NCBI RefSeq assembly: GCF_009914755.1
Contig: NC_060937.1
DNA length: 64,000 nucleotides
Strand: one strand, 5' to 3'
Source: the human T2T-CHM13v2.0 reference genome, Homo sapiens
Shown here one piece after another: positions 40,572 through 55,744 of the stretch (position 1 is the first letter of the stretch; every line of letters starts with the position of its first letter). The notes under the pieces were generated by a model. It was not told the DNA's origin and searched no databases. It saw only the letters and a program-made list of their open reading frames with translations. Made by a program: the position numbers and the translations under genes.

Positions 40572-41738
40572 TGTGTTTGTCCTTTTCCATTGCCATAAAG
40601 AAATACCTAAGACTGGGTAATTTATAAAGAAAAGACTCATTTGACTCCATGTCCTGCATTCTGGGCACACTGGTATGGGGTTTGGGCTCCCAAGGCCTCA
40701 GGTAGCTCTACCCCTTTGGCTTTACAGGGTGCAGCCCCCCGTGGCTACTCTCACAGGTTGGAATTGAGTGCCTGCATCTTTTCCAAGTTCAGGGTGCAAG
40801 CTGCCAGTGGCTCTACCATTCTTGGTTGTAGAGGGTGGTGGCCCCCTTCCCACAGCTCTACTAGGCAGTATCCCAGTGGGAAGTCTGTGTGGGGCCTCCA
40901 ACCCCAAATTTCCCCTCCACACTGCCCTAGTAGAGGTGCTCTGTGAGGGCTCCACTCCTGCAACAGGCTTCTATCTGGGCATCCAGGCTTTCTCATGGAT
41001 CCTCTGAAATCTAGGTGGAGGCAGCCAAGCCGCCTTCACTCTTGCACTCTGAATGTCTGCAGGCTCAACAGGATGTAGAAGCTGCCAAGGTTTATGGCTT
41101 GTGCCCTCCAGAGTGGTAGCCCAAACTACACCTGGGTCCTTTTGACCCAGGGCTGGGGCTGGAGCTGGAGCTGCTGAGGTGAAGGGAGCAGTGTCCCAAG
41201 GCTGTGCAAGACAGCAGGACCCTGGGTCTGGCCACTGAAACCATTCTTTAAACCTAGGCCTCTGGGCCTGTGATGGGAGGGGCTTCCTCAAAGACCTCTG
41301 AAAGGCCTGCAAGGCCTTTTTTCCATTGTCTTGACTATTAGCACTTGGCTCCCATTTAGTCATTAAATCTCTCTAGCAACTAGTTGCTCCACAGCCTGCT
41401 TTGATTCCTCTCCTGAAAATATTTCAGGGGACTGGCATCTGTTTCTGGTGAGGGCCTCAGGAATCTTCCACTCATGGCAGAAGGCAAAAGGGGGAGCCAG
41501 TGTGTCACATGGCAAGAGAGGGAGCAAAAGAGAGAGGAAGCAAGAGAGAGAGAGGAGATACCAGGTTCTTTTAAACAACTAGACTTCATATGAACTAACT
41601 ACCTTAGGGAGAGCACACCAAGCCATTCATGAGGGATCCGTCCCCATGACCCAAACACCTCCCACTAGGCCCACCTCAAAATTAGAGGTCACATTTCAAC
41701 GTAAGATTTGGAAAGGACAAAACATCCAAACTATATCA
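40572..41738 (-). mobile_element. MST-family MaLR: LTR pieces (40572-40647, ~41427-41738) enclosing MST-int (~40648-41425)
   Basis: LTR termini TGTG...CTATATCA; internal MST-int motifs (GGTGCAAGCTGCCAGTGGCTCTACCATTC); TSD CCTTC/TCTTC. Confidence 0.85.
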
Positions 41739-41869
41739 TCTTCTATATGAGAAGTCATTAACATGAAATTGTGAGGCATGAAGTAAAAATGACTTGCATA
41801 GATAATACATAAACAGGTATCACTTTTGAAGCAATGTACCTACAATTTGCATTTATTTGAATAAGAGAA

Positions 41870-42100
41870 ATCATTGCTGACATACACTGAATATTTGTTT
41901 TGTAGTAGGTATAGTCATAACCATTATACCTTTATGAATTTATGTAATCCTCACAACAACTCTATGTATCGAGATGATCTCCACTTTACAGAGGCACAGT
42001 AAGATGATTTTGCCTGTTTCCCACTTAGAAAGTGAAGCCGGGATTTATAGCTGGGAACTCTGGCTTGAGAGCCCCCATGTCCTTAACCACTAACCATACT
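41870..42100 (-). mobile_element. MIR
   Basis: TAATCCTCACAACAACTCTATG...CCACTTTACAGAGG motif. Confidence 0.65.
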
Positions 42101-42619
42101 ACCTCCAGAGACCCTCTCTAAATGGGAAGAGTAGGATTTATCAAAGCTGTGGCACTCAAGGTACTCTAAGAAAGGAGTGGATGGGGTCTCTGAAGACAGT
42201 GTGTCTCATTCTAAGACATTTGTTAAATAATCCCTTCTTTATTTCCCATAAGCTTAAATATGACCATGGAGAATTTCCGCATTTGATTAGTTAAAACCTG
42301 AGAGAAAGAAGGGAAAGTAAGAGATAATTTTCACTCCACAGGTAGTTAAATTCTGGAATGAATTTAAACTCAGATATCAAGACCCTTTATTGTATATAGG
42401 CAAAAAGAGATAGAGAAGAAATAATGTAATTGTTTTTATAAGTAATTTGGTTGTTTTAAAAAACCTAAAGTGGTCTTTCAGGCAGAACAGAAGTAATCAA
42501 GTCCTGTACTGATGCAGAATCCTGTGTTAATTCTGTTCCGGTTACAATAAGTAAATGGCTAAAAAGGCGAAGAATACATTATTAAAATAAAGACCTGCCT
42601 ACTACAAAGGAGCAAATTA

Positions 42620-42715
42620 ACAAAGAAAGGGAGGGAGGGAAGGAGGAAAAAGGAAGAAAGGAGGGAAGAAAAGAAGGAGAGAAGGGAGAGAGGGAGGGAG
42701 GAAGGAAAAGAAAAT
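42620..42715 (+). repeat. Purine-rich (GGAA/GAGG) low-complexity tract
   Basis: About 95 bp almost purely A/G. Confidence 0.8.
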
Positions 42716-42719
42716 CGCA

Positions 42720-43300
42720 ATAGTATGACATTGGGCAAAGGAGACATTATTCTGGGAAAAGAAAGAATAATTGAAAGAGGTATGCTTTTTGAAGAGTTAT
42801 TAAGGTAAAAAGTTATTAACTGAACAGACATTATGTGAGATAGGTATTTATTTGAATGAGTAATGACTAAGACTTTCAAAGTTGATGAAAAATAGAAATC
42901 CTTAGGTTCAGAAAGCACAATAATTCTTAGCTGAGACAAATTGAAGAAATATCTATGCAGACATTTCATAGGAGAACTGCAGAACACCAAAGAAGACTCT
43001 GAATACTTAAATGTTCAGAGAGAAAAAAAACAAGTTACTTACAAAAAAAAACAACAGATAGTTTGACAACTGACTTCTCAACAGTAATTTTAAGAATCCA
43101 AAACACAATAGAATAATATCCTCAAAGTTCTGAAAGAAAATAATTGCTAATCTAAAACATATAACCAGCTAGATCATCTTTTAAGAATGGGAACAAAACG
43201 AAGACATCCTCAGATAACCCAGAAAGTTTTCAGCTTACTCTTACTAAAAACTTCCAAAAGGTATACTTTTAAAAAGAGAATATGAGGTGCCAGAAGGGAT
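42720..43300 (+). mobile_element. Old L1M/HAL1 ORF1 remnant
   Basis: NNILKVLKENNC...PARSSFKNGNKTKTSSD resembles the L1 ORF1 C-terminal domain. Confidence 0.6.
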
Positions 43301-44711
43301 GATATGAGCAATATTTGAATTTTTAAATTTACTTGTGCATCTTTTCCAACATGTGTATGCATATATGAATTAATATAGTATTTGCTATCATTGTTTCATA
43401 GTTGGCAGTGTACTGTGCATACTTATCTTCACCTTGTTCATTTACTGTTGCTTAACATTATAGTCTGGGAATATTTTCATAACAGTATAAAAAGCTAATT
43501 CACAAGCACTTTTCAAATCTAATTGTGTTACGTTTGCTCTTGTCCCACTGGGCATAGCTGTTATGTGCCCAAGGTCAGAGTCCATGAAGGAGGAGACTAT
43601 CCCAGTGTGTGGATAAAGGAAGGCATGAACTATTTAAAAGTCATTGCTGTAACATTCCATTACCTCGTGCAACTCAGATCCCAAGATCCCATGATCTTTG
43701 CTTAGATACCTGGGGTTCTGCAGGATTTGGACCAAGAATCTTGGCACACAGCTGCCTCTATTGTTTTTTTCTTCGTTCTGTAAGCATAGAAGCAGCCTAG
43801 CCATATTGAAAACATTTCATTCTCTTAACACATAAGGCCCTCACATGGTCATGTTAGAGCCACTGAGGAGATGGACTGTGTCTTACGCTCTTTGAAGCCC
43901 TTGAAGAACTGCAGACTGGGTCAGACCTATTGGTAGCAATTTATAATTTTTGGTGAGGATGGCAGAAGGATAAATCACTTAACAATGATGCTAATTAAAT
44001 AAAAGTGCTTCACCCTTTAAGGATATGAAATCCTTAAAGTGGTGGATAGATAAGCTAGAACTAGATTCCCTTCCCTTCCTAATTTCATGTTAGCATGGGC
44101 AAGAAGAGACAGTTTGCTACAGATTTCCAAGGCAGAAGTGAATTTGCAGCCATCTTTTTATGCTCAAAATGTTGTGTCAGGGAACAAGGTGCTGTGGCAG
44201 CTCAGGCACATTGTCTCACCTAGTTGGTGGGGGCAGCAGCTGGGCCACCAGCATCCAGCTCCTACTGGATCCTTCTTCAGCTTCTGCAACCTCTGAGCCA
44301 GGTGTATGGTTAGCTCCCTGGCAAAGGGCACTGATACCTCCTTTGGGACACCCTCATCACCAAGGTTGCAGGTTTGGAAGAGGTGAGAGACCAGTGCATG
44401 CTCAACTCCTTCCCTGTGGGCTACAGGTTTCAATTCGCATCCATCTTCCCTTTCCAATTACCTGCCCTGTAGATTTCAGGCTCCAGCACCAGATACAGAA
44501 ACAATATAGACTCACATAGACTGCCTAACCAGCTCCCAAAATTATATAAGGTCAACGTATTTGCTATCTATGGTTGCACAACAAATTACTTCAAAACAAC
44601 ATAAACATTTATTATTTCACACAGTTTCTGTAGGTCAGCAATTTGACAGTGGATTAACTAAATGATTCTAACTCATGGCCTTTCATGAGGTTGCAATCAA
44701 AATGCTAGCAG

Positions 44712-45239
<528 letters not shown>

Positions 45240-45786
45240 ATCTAAAAGTTTAATAGCGGCTGGAGTTAATGTTACTAAAATTTAGTGCAGGCAATTGGCA
45301 GAGGTCTACAGTTACTCATCTCTCTTGCTTGAGTGTCCCCACAGCATTGTGGCTGGCTCCTCCTGGAGTGAGTATATTATCCCTTTGATTACTTCTATTG
45401 GTCACACAGACCAAGAGCGCTACATTGTGGTAGGGGTTCACACAGGGTGTAGATACACGGAGGTAGGGATCATTGGGTGAGCTGTCTTGAAGACTGGCTT
45501 CCATATTTAATTCCCTAAAATAAATGATATTCCTACTGGTTTTACGTCTCTGATCATATCCTGACTGGTACTGGAGCTATAATAGTAGACATTTTAACAT
45601 GCCAAAAAAACAGTGAATTTGGAAAAATATTTTATTATATTCCAAGCAAATTCTAAATTAATCTAAATAATATTCATACTAGACATACCTTGTCAAAAGT
45701 TAAAATTTCAAGAATATTTATACATTTCTGAAAATATCCAAATAGGGAGGAGGAAAAACAACTTTCTTAAAAAGGGGTAAAATCTC

Positions 45787-46086
45787 TTTTTTTTTTTAGA
45801 GACAGGGTCTTGCCCTGTCACCCAGGCTGGAGTGCAGTGGTGCAATCACAGCTCACTCCAGCCTTGACTTCCTGTGTTCAAGCAATCCTCCCACCTCAGC
45901 TTCCTGAGTAACTTGGACTACACGCGTGCATCATCACACCCGGCTAATTTTTTTCATTTTTTTTTTTGTAGAGACAGGGTCTTGCTATGTTGCCCAGGCT
46001 GGCCTCGAACTCCTGAGCTCAAGCAATCCTCCTGCCTCAGCCTCCCAATGTGCTCCAATTATAGGCAGGAGCCACCACACTTGGCC
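45787..46086 (-). mobile_element. Alu (AluJ-type)
   Basis: AluJ diagnostics (CAAGCAATCCTCC). Confidence 0.92.
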
Positions 46087-46519
46087 TGCTTCCTCAGACT
46101 TCTTTACAACACTGAGTTCCTAAAGATAATGAAAAATTTGTAAAGACTTTCAGAGGGGAAGCATAATCAAGAATTTCATTCCCAGCCAAAGTGGTGTTCA
46201 CGTGTGAAGGCAAAGACTGAGAAAGGAAACTACTCATGGATACGTGGCTGACTGAAGGAATTCAAAATAAAGAACTAAAAAGTAGGAAAGCCAAAATAAA
46301 TTAAGTATAGAAGCTTACATATAAATAACTCCTGTAAATATAATCACAAAACTCAATGTAAAAACAAAACCATTGAACATAAGGGAACACAGGGTAAAGA
46401 AAATGAATAATTACGTGTAAGTAACATGGGTACGCTCCTCTGTTTAACCACAGGAAGCCTGGGAAGTCAGGGAAGAAAGTAATAGAAGTCAAGGCAGAAA
46501 TCTGCCTCCTGCACAAGGC

Positions 46520-47330
46520 AGCATAAAAATTATATGTAAGCTAAGGCCTGAAAGAACAGTCGGAGTTGGCCAGGAGAATGGGGGATATTCTGGTGACAAC
46601 AGCAGAAGCCCACTCTGGCTGAGAAAAATAGAAATCAGTTTATGGGAAAAATGTCAGAAGTTCACGGATGCAGTTAAAGGGCAGGAAGGTTAGATTCAGA
46701 ACGAGATAGACACAGTGACACAGGAGATGTAATAAGCTTGTCAGGCACTGCCTCCGAGATAATGAGCCCTAACCATGTTTCTGCCTGTGTGTTATTCCTT
46801 CTGAGACCCAAAGTCCCTGAAGAGAGAGCCAGATTGAACAAGCTCAGGCCTGTTGCTGGCCAGAGGAAGGCAAGACTGTCCCTGATGGCCCCACAGAGAC
46901 AGCTCACAGTCCATAGGAGCCACAGGAAGGAAACTGAAATGCTGTTACCCATAGGAGAAGAACGGCTGCTAGGCAACTCCAAAATAGTGAATGCTCACTC
47001 CAGGGGGACTGAGGCTGGGGAGGGCAGCAGAAACCTATCACAAAGAGCCTTTAAGTCATGCTAAGAAATGTGGACATTTTTCCAAATGAAAATGGGGCAT
47101 AAATGAAAGGTTTGGAGCAGGAAAGTAATAGATTTGATTTCCATTTTAGAAAGATGGCTCTGGCAGCAATGTGAAGAGGAAACAGGAGGGGGACTAACTG
47201 GAGACTGTTGCAGTAATCCAGGTAGAACAGGATGTGGCCCAACTTATTAACTATGGACTGCAGAAAAACACGTGCAGTCTGTCTAGAGAGAATAAAGCAA
47301 CATAGAACCAACAGATTTTGGTAACTGAGT
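46520..47330 (-). mobile_element. L2 remnant
   Basis: CATTTTAGAAAGATGGCTCTGGCAGCAATGTG...TGCAGTAATCCAGG antisense L2 motif. Confidence 0.6.
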
Positions 47331-48004
47331 TACCAATCTTATTATGATTAGATTATTCATCATCATCATCATCATAAGCAATAATAACGTAATAACAGTA
47401 AACAACAAATAAGAAACAATTTGATAATGGAAAACTGTGTTCCCCCTTCTCCAAATAATTGATGTGCTATGTGCGATCCATTAATGAGAACTATGTAACC
47501 CATCATTTGGCTCACAACCAAATTTGCATCTGATTCACATCAGCAGTGTGGACTCTTGTCTTCTGTGATCTTTTTTTCCTTGATCCTGACTTTTTCCATC
47601 TGTATTTATTTTACTGTTACGCTGTGTACGTATCCTTTTTTGGTAAAGTGTCCTAAAAAAACTCAGAACTACAAAATAAACAAACAAAAACTCATCATGC
47701 CCATATCCTCAATCAAAACCATTTCCCTGTCTTCATAATTTGCTAATGGCTCCACCATTTCCCTTGTACCTGGAGCTTGGAAACCTCAAGTATCAGAACC
47801 ACTCCCTCTTGCCTGTCCTCCGTTGCCCACATTCAGATCTTCTGTACATGAAAAAGTTTTTGAATCAGTGCCCTACTTTTCATCTTTCCTTGCTTTGAGT
47901 GAAATCTCCCTTTTCCTCTTGCTTAAACCTTCCACCAGCTTCCTAACAGTCTCTCCTTGCCCTCTGACTACGCACCACTGCCAAGTTAAATTCCAATTAT
48001 ATTA

Positions 48005-48404
<400 letters not shown>

Positions 48405-48517
48405 TTATAATATGAAAAAGCTAGGAACACTTTTAGAATCCCCTAAATTGAGTACACATATCAGGTCTACTTTTCTTCACTTCATACCTTTTTCCAGGTT
48501 CCAGGTACATCCCTGGG

Positions 48518-48892
48518 TGTCTTAGTCCATTTTCTGCTGCTGTAACAGGATATCACAGACTGGGGAAGTTATGAACAAAAGAAGTTTGTTTGGCTCACAG
48601 TTCTGGGGGCTGAAAAGTCCACAATCCAGGAGCCACATCTGGCAAGGGCCTTCTTGCTGCATCATAACATGGAAACTAGGTGGAAGGGCAAGAGAGTGCA
48701 TGCGACAGAGAAAGCAAGAGAGTGAATGTGGCTTTATGACTAACCTACTGCTGTGACAATGGCATTAATCCACCCAACAGGGTGGAGCCCCCATGACCTA
48801 ATCACTTTTTAAAGGCCCCACCCCCTCGACACTGCTGCAGTGGGGATGAAGTTTCCAGCACGTACCTTTGGAGGACTTATTCAACCATGACC
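48518..48892 (-). mobile_element. MaLR solo LTR (MLT1A/MSTD-like)
   Basis: TGTCTTAGTCCATTTTCTGCTGCTGTAACAGG...GGTGGAGCCCCCATGACCTAATCAC. Confidence 0.8.
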
Positions 48893-50409
48893 CTTGCTTC
48901 TCATTCATGGAGGAAGAGGAGTGAAGAATCCAAGTGGCAGACTTGGGAGCTCTAGCCCATCCTTTTCCCGTCCTCTTATTTTTGGGGGTCGGCCTGCCTG
49001 CTTAGCACTGTGAGCCTCTCTTAGCCTTGGTGTAGGCTTAGTGAAAAAGCTCTGCTTCTGGTAGGAAAGAGGGCCAGGGGAATGCTGGGCTTATACCTGA
49101 TGGGAAAACCTATCTAGTTCTGGGGTTTAGTGTCAGGAATTCCATTGTTGCCACATACCTGAGTGAATTTAGGAACCAAAACTAGAACACATAGAGATTA
49201 AGGCTTCTGGAGGCTAGAGGAATTGATTGGTGTGATATAACCTTTGGGGAAACTATACCAAGCTTGAGCCGTGCAGGAATCTTAAACATTGAGTTTTCTG
49301 CAGCCAATATTGCACCTTATGCCTGATTTTTATGAAGACGGCTTTTAGCTGCTTCAGCCTGGACAAGTGAGTTTAAGTCTCAAGCTTCTGAAAGATTCTG
49401 ACCTAGTGGTTGAATACACAACCAAGAGGCTCTTTCTATATTGCCTGGGCTGCAGGCACTGATCACTTCAGTGATTTCGGTGGCATTAGCAAAACTAGCC
49501 ACAAAGGCTTTAGCAAGCAAACTTGGGTTTAAATTGAAAAATAACTTAGTCTGTGGGCAGCTGCAGATGGCCTTGAATAACACAAGTACAAATAGGCCTG
49601 TGATTGCGGCCAGGACTGATAGAGGGAATAAATAAATCCGGAAAGAGTCTTTAGAGTCCCACTGAGGTTTTGCCTTGAAAGAGGCAGAGTTTCAGCATTA
49701 CTGTTTGGCTTTTACCAGGATTTTCATCCAGGTCTATAAAGAAGTTAGGTTCCACATGGGTCACAGAGCAATAGCCTGTGAGATTCTAGCTTTAACTTAT
49801 TAGTGTTAGGTTCAAATAGGTAGTACACGATCTCACTTTGAGTAGACCCAAATTCTATTCCACATTTAGAGCCAAGGAGGAAACTTTAGAGGAATTCATC
49901 TTCAATTCATGTGACTGATAAACTGTTGAGTCACCACCAATCATGTAAACTCAAGTTGGCCCTGAATTTGTTAATTTCATGAATTCAAACCAAGGCTTTG
50001 GATTTCAGACTAAAATTATGCATTCAACCTAAAAGGGAAGTACATTTTATTAATAAAACAATAAGAATAAATGGGCACCCTCATTGAAAAAATGCTGTCT
50101 TCTTAGATAACGCTAGAGAAATAACTGAAAGAAACTATCACTGTCCCAATAAAAAGACAGATAATTTTTCAAATACGGTCTCTGAGGAACATGATTGCTT
50201 AAAATGTCACAGAAAAACTGGAGTTGTATGAAAAACATGTTGGTCTTAATATCCGAACATAAGCAGAGGAAAATTGAAAATAAAGAGACAGATTAAGCTA
50301 GAGGAAAATTTCCTTAGGAGTAAGGTTGAAATATTAGAGAACATATTAAAGAGAAATTAAACTAAAATGAGATCTCAAAAGCCAACATGTATAAAAGGGA
50401 AAGGAAGGC

Positions 50410-50712
50410 GGCCGGGCACAGTGGCTCACACCTGTAATCCTAGCACTTTGAGAGGCCGAGGCGGGTGGATTGCCTGAGCTCAGGGGTTCGAGACCAGCCT
50501 GGGCAACACGGTGAAACCCCATCTCTATTAAAATACAAAATTAGCCGGACATGGTGGCAGGTGCCTGTAATCCCAGCTACTCGGGAGGCTGAGGCAGAGA
50601 ATTGCTCCGCCTCCCGGGAGGTGGAGGTTGCAGTGAGCTGAGATTGCACCATTGCACTCCAGCCTGGGTGACAGAGCAAGACTCCGTCTCAAAAAAATAA
50701 AAATAAATAAAT
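50410..50712 (+). mobile_element. Alu (AluS-type)
   Basis: Full Alu; TSD TAAAAGGGAAAGGAA. Confidence 0.95.
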
Positions 50713-50964
50713 AAAAGGGAAAGGAAAATGCAATAAGGTCTAACTTGTATAAGGGAGGGTGTTAGATGCAGGGAAAGTGTGTAGTTATTACTAGAACAAA
50801 AACAGTGATTCCAAAAGTTTCAGAGTTTCTTTTTTAAAAGGAGAATAAAAACAAGAGTACACTAAAATGACATTCAAGAGGGCTAAGATCCAGGAAACTA
50901 TTAAATGGTAGATTCTTAAAATTATTACTGGAAAGTCTATAGTAAAAGCAACTGATTTTCTTGC

Positions 50965-51415
50965 CTTCCTTCCTGCACCCTGGTAATCCATTCATTTCTG
51001 AGAAGCACACCTGATTATGTCAGTCCCTTGCCATAAACTACATATGCACACACACACACACACACAAACACACACATGAACACACACACAGCCCATGCAC
51101 CTTTGCACCTTAGCATGGAAGACAGTCTTTCTGTGACCTGGATTCTATGTACCTCCCTGAATTGTTTCCTGATAAACTCCACCTCTGCATCCTAGATTTC
51201 AGTTGTACCAAACTATTTGCAAGTCTTGAGTATTTATAAACTTTATGACATATTCATTCTGCCTACCATGTCCTTTTATCCTAGTCCACACGGATTTTAC
51301 AAGACTCAGCTTACATATCCCTTCTCCTAGGAGCCTTTCTACATTAGAATTACCAGTGAATACAGAGCACTTACAGTGTTTTATTTTTCTTATATATTTA
51401 TTGACTCTTTTTCAA
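50965..51415 (+). mobile_element. L2 3' region (continues at 59557-59660)
   Basis: CAAGACTCAGCTTACATATCCCTTCTCCTAGGAGCCTTTC; resumes TAAGCTCCTTGAAGG...GCTCAATGAATATATATTGAAAGAATGA after the hAT element. Confidence 0.7.
51047..51090 (+). repeat. Interrupted (CA)n microsatellite
   Basis: CACACA... run. Confidence 0.85.
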
Positions 51416-51678
51416 CTCTAAGCCAGTGGTTCTCAAAAGAGGTGATATAGCTCCAAGGAGACATTTTAAAAATGTAAGGGGCATTTTTAGTTGTAATGAG
51501 TTTAGGGGTTGGGAGAACACAACAGATATTCAATGGACAAGCCAGGAAGCTAGACACCTTGCAATATCCATACAGTTCACTACAAAAAAGAACTATATGC
51601 ATCATGTTCAACTTTGGAAGTTCCACAGGCCTTTCTGTAGGTGAAAAACTTGTTTATAATTATCTGAGTTAAGACTCA

Positions 51679-51990
<312 letters not shown>

Positions 51991-53436
51991 TCATACTCTG
52001 TTTTATATAAAATCAAAAGTATTTTTGCATGGTGTTACATATTGAATTTCACAGGAATATAACTACCATAAACTGAGGAAAGAATGTACTTGGTTTATGT
52101 TCAGAACTTTATCAAGAGTTGTTTCCCATTTCAGAAATCACATCACTATGGGCACCACTGAGGGTGGTATTTGAGTCACCAACACAACACTCCTGTATCC
52201 ATCTGCATTTGTCGATGAGGCATTCATGGTGACTGTAAGTAGATGTACAAATTTCCTCATTTAGCTCTTATGGTCAAAATGTCAAATATAAATTTTAAAT
52301 GTGGGCAAATATTCAGTCAAATATATTAAATTGGGTTTTACAGCTTTTATGCACAAATGAACAGTCACCAATATGTCTATTCTGCCAACACATTTTTTTC
52401 TAATTAAGCCAACGAACTCATCTAGAGTAAGCGAACATTTTACAAAGGAACATGTTGATCACATTGGCAAAGATATGTATATATATATATATATACTTCT
52501 GATATTTAAGGAAAACTGAAAATTGCTATACTGTCACTGGAATGTTCAAGAATGTTCTCTGCAAAAGGAGGTGAGTCTCATTGGTTCTTACAGAACAACA
52601 TAAAAGATCATGCAATATGGTACATCATACGGTATTCTAAGAAAATTAGTTTTATAAGCTATATAAGAGATTAGTACAAAGAGGATAAAAATAAATCCAA
52701 ACCAAATAATTTCTCTATCCCATTTAATACTGCTTTAAGAAGACGGTAAAAGATATTGAAATCAATTGCATAGTGCAAATAACTTTGATTATGAGTGGGC
52801 AAAAGTAACCTGAATAATCATAAGACTTTAATATTTGCATCTATAAAGTGTTCAAGGACAGAAAAATTATGTAGAAAAGATTATTTTCAAAATTGCTAAC
52901 AATGAATACAAAAAATTTGTCAATATTTGAAACCCTAAAATTAATTAAAGAGAAAAAAATTTCCTTTTCCAACATCATTGCTTATTTAACAGATGGAGCA
53001 CCAATAATGTAAGTTTAGAGCCAACTTTAAAAAGAGGTACCGGGTGTTTTAACAAGTCATTTTATTATTCATCAACAACCTAATTACCAAGTCTCAGAGA
53101 ACAAGATAATCATCAATGAATGTTTAAAAATAATCCCTTCACTGACAGATTATTCATAATCTTTCAAATGTCATTTAAGTGTTTGAATGTCATGTCCAAA
53201 TAAGATGGTTCACCAAGCAAATATTTTTAAAAGGTTTGGCTCACATTATGGACCTTTATGGATCTTTGACATGATCAATAAAAATATATATATAATTGGA
53301 AATACTGCAAATTGATGAGATATAGCCTTCAAGCATATTTGAAAAGGTCTTCCTTATTCAAATTATAATTTTTAATTTATATTTTGTATATTAATATATT
53401 TATTTTTAAATATACAGAAAAGTTGAAAGACTAGGA

Positions 53437-53656
53437 CATGCTTGTCCAACTCACAGCCCATGGGTCACATGTGGACCAGGACAGCTTTGAATGAAGCCCA
53501 ACCCAAATTCATAAACTTTCTTAAAGTATTATGAGTTTTTTTGTGATTCTCTTTTTAACTCATCTGCTATAGTTAGTGTTAGTGTATTTTACATGTGGCC
53601 CGAGACAGTTCTTCTTCCAGTGTGGCCCAGGGAAGCCAAAAGATTGGACACTCTTG
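53437..53656 (-). mobile_element. MER30 hAT MITE
   Basis: GTGTGGCCCAGGGAAGCCAAAAGATTGGACAC terminus. Confidence 0.85.
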
Positions 53657-54170
53657 GATTAGAGCAAGGAACACCCATATGCCTGCCACCTACATTCAGC
53701 AATTGCAAGTATTTTGCTGTAATTGCTTCCTATATGTTTGTATATTTGACTAAAACATTTCAAAGTAAAATACAGTGACCATGCTATTTCACCTCTGAGT
53801 TCTTAATCATGAATCTCCTAAATATAAGGATATTCTCTTGCATAACCACAATGTTATTGCTATACCTTTAAAAATTTAGGAGTGGGCTGCAGCCTGGGCG
53901 ACAAGGCTTCCCCCAGCTGACCTCTGTGCCCTAGAAACCGTAGGGACCCAATGGGTCAGCTCACTTGGGTGGGTGCGGTGGCACCAACCATGGGTGCTTT
54001 AGAAGAAGGCTTCATTGTGCCCTTCTCCTCTGACTCTGATGCACATTTTGATGCTGCGGTTGGATATTTAGAGGACATTATCATGGATGAAGATTTCCAG
54101 TTATTACAGAGAAATTTCATCAACAACTACTACCAGGAGTTTGAGGACACCAAAGAGAATAAACTCACCT

Positions 54171-54389
54171 ACACACCTATTTTTAATGAATATATTTCTT
54201 TGGCAGGAAAGTATATAGAAGAACAGTATATAGAAGAAAGTATATAGAAGAACACACCTATTTTTAATGAATATATTTCTTTGGCAGGAAAGTATATAGA
54301 AGAACAGTATATAGAAGAAAGTATATAGAAGAACACACCTATTTTTAATGAATATATTTCTTTGGCAGGAAAGTATATAGAAGAACAGT
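54171..54389 (+). repeat. Perfect 81-bp tandem repeat, 2.7 copies
   Basis: Units start at 54171, 54252 and 54333 (ACACACCTATTTTTAATGAATATATTTC...). Confidence 0.95.
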
Positions 54390-54798
54390 TGCTGGAGCAA
54401 ATTCTTGGCTTTACCATGGCAACTTTCACAACGTTACAGCACCACAAAGATGAAGTGGTTGGTGACATACTCCAAATGCTGCTCAAATTTACAGATTTTC
54501 TGGCTTTTAAAGAAATGTTTCTGGACTGCAGAGCAGAAAAAGAAGGCCAGAGACTGGACTTAAGCCGTGGTTTAGTGGAGACTTCATTGTGCAAATCATC
54601 TTCTATGACAGCTTCTCAGAACAATCTGCAGCAGTAGGACCTACCTCCAGACAATGAATGGTATCATTCTCAATTTCACGGGCTCAGTAGTTCAATAGGC
54701 TCGGCTCATGATGACAGGAGAACGTATCCTGGAAAAACTGATTCTGTTCTGCAACTCTTCATTCGCATTAAATATTGATGGGGTAAAAGCCAAAATGA

Positions 54799-55158
<360 letters not shown>

Positions 55159-55744
55159 GAATCACCTTCTTGTATTCATTAACCCTAATACTCCTCCCCT
55201 CCCCAAGTAGGTACCTCTCTCAGGTGCTTCCGACTCAGGCAGCTTGTGAGCAAGCCCATGTCAAGCATTCCACTCTGTGGGGGGCCTTTCCTCACCCCAG
55301 CATTCACGTTTGCGTATCAAAACCCACCATCATGAACCCTCTTTATCCCAGCAGGGTTTGCATAAATTTTTTGTGCACTTGCATCTCATTTTTGACATGG
55401 GTTAGAGTTTCAGTTCTTCAGCCCCAGTGAGGTTTTTTATATTTATCTGGGGTGTTACTCCAGCCAGCTGTCCATCTTGAGATTTTTGAATCTCCTGTGA
55501 TCACAGCTTGTCCTGGCTGGAGGAATCAACTGAAAGAGATGTCCCTTATCTAAAAGCTATGTGTGAAAATTCCTGGTCTTAACATTTGAAATCCTTGTGT
55601 GACTATGTCTTCTGCTGGCCCTGATGTAGTCCCACTATTTTCAGAAGTCTCTTTGAAGTGTTATTTTTGGAAAATATTTGTATAGATGAATTCTCAGGCT
55701 AACCTAGTTGTCTGAGTAGCCTTGCAGTAAGGGAAATCAAAACT

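Noticed and set aside
42559-42990. 143-aa hydrophobic minus-strand ORF
   Set aside because: Antisense of a purine tract and old L1 ORF1.
54171-54389. Repeat array as a CRISPR-like array
   Set aside because: Units are identical with no unique spacers, derive from ARL2BP CDS, and the context is primate DNA with no cas genes.
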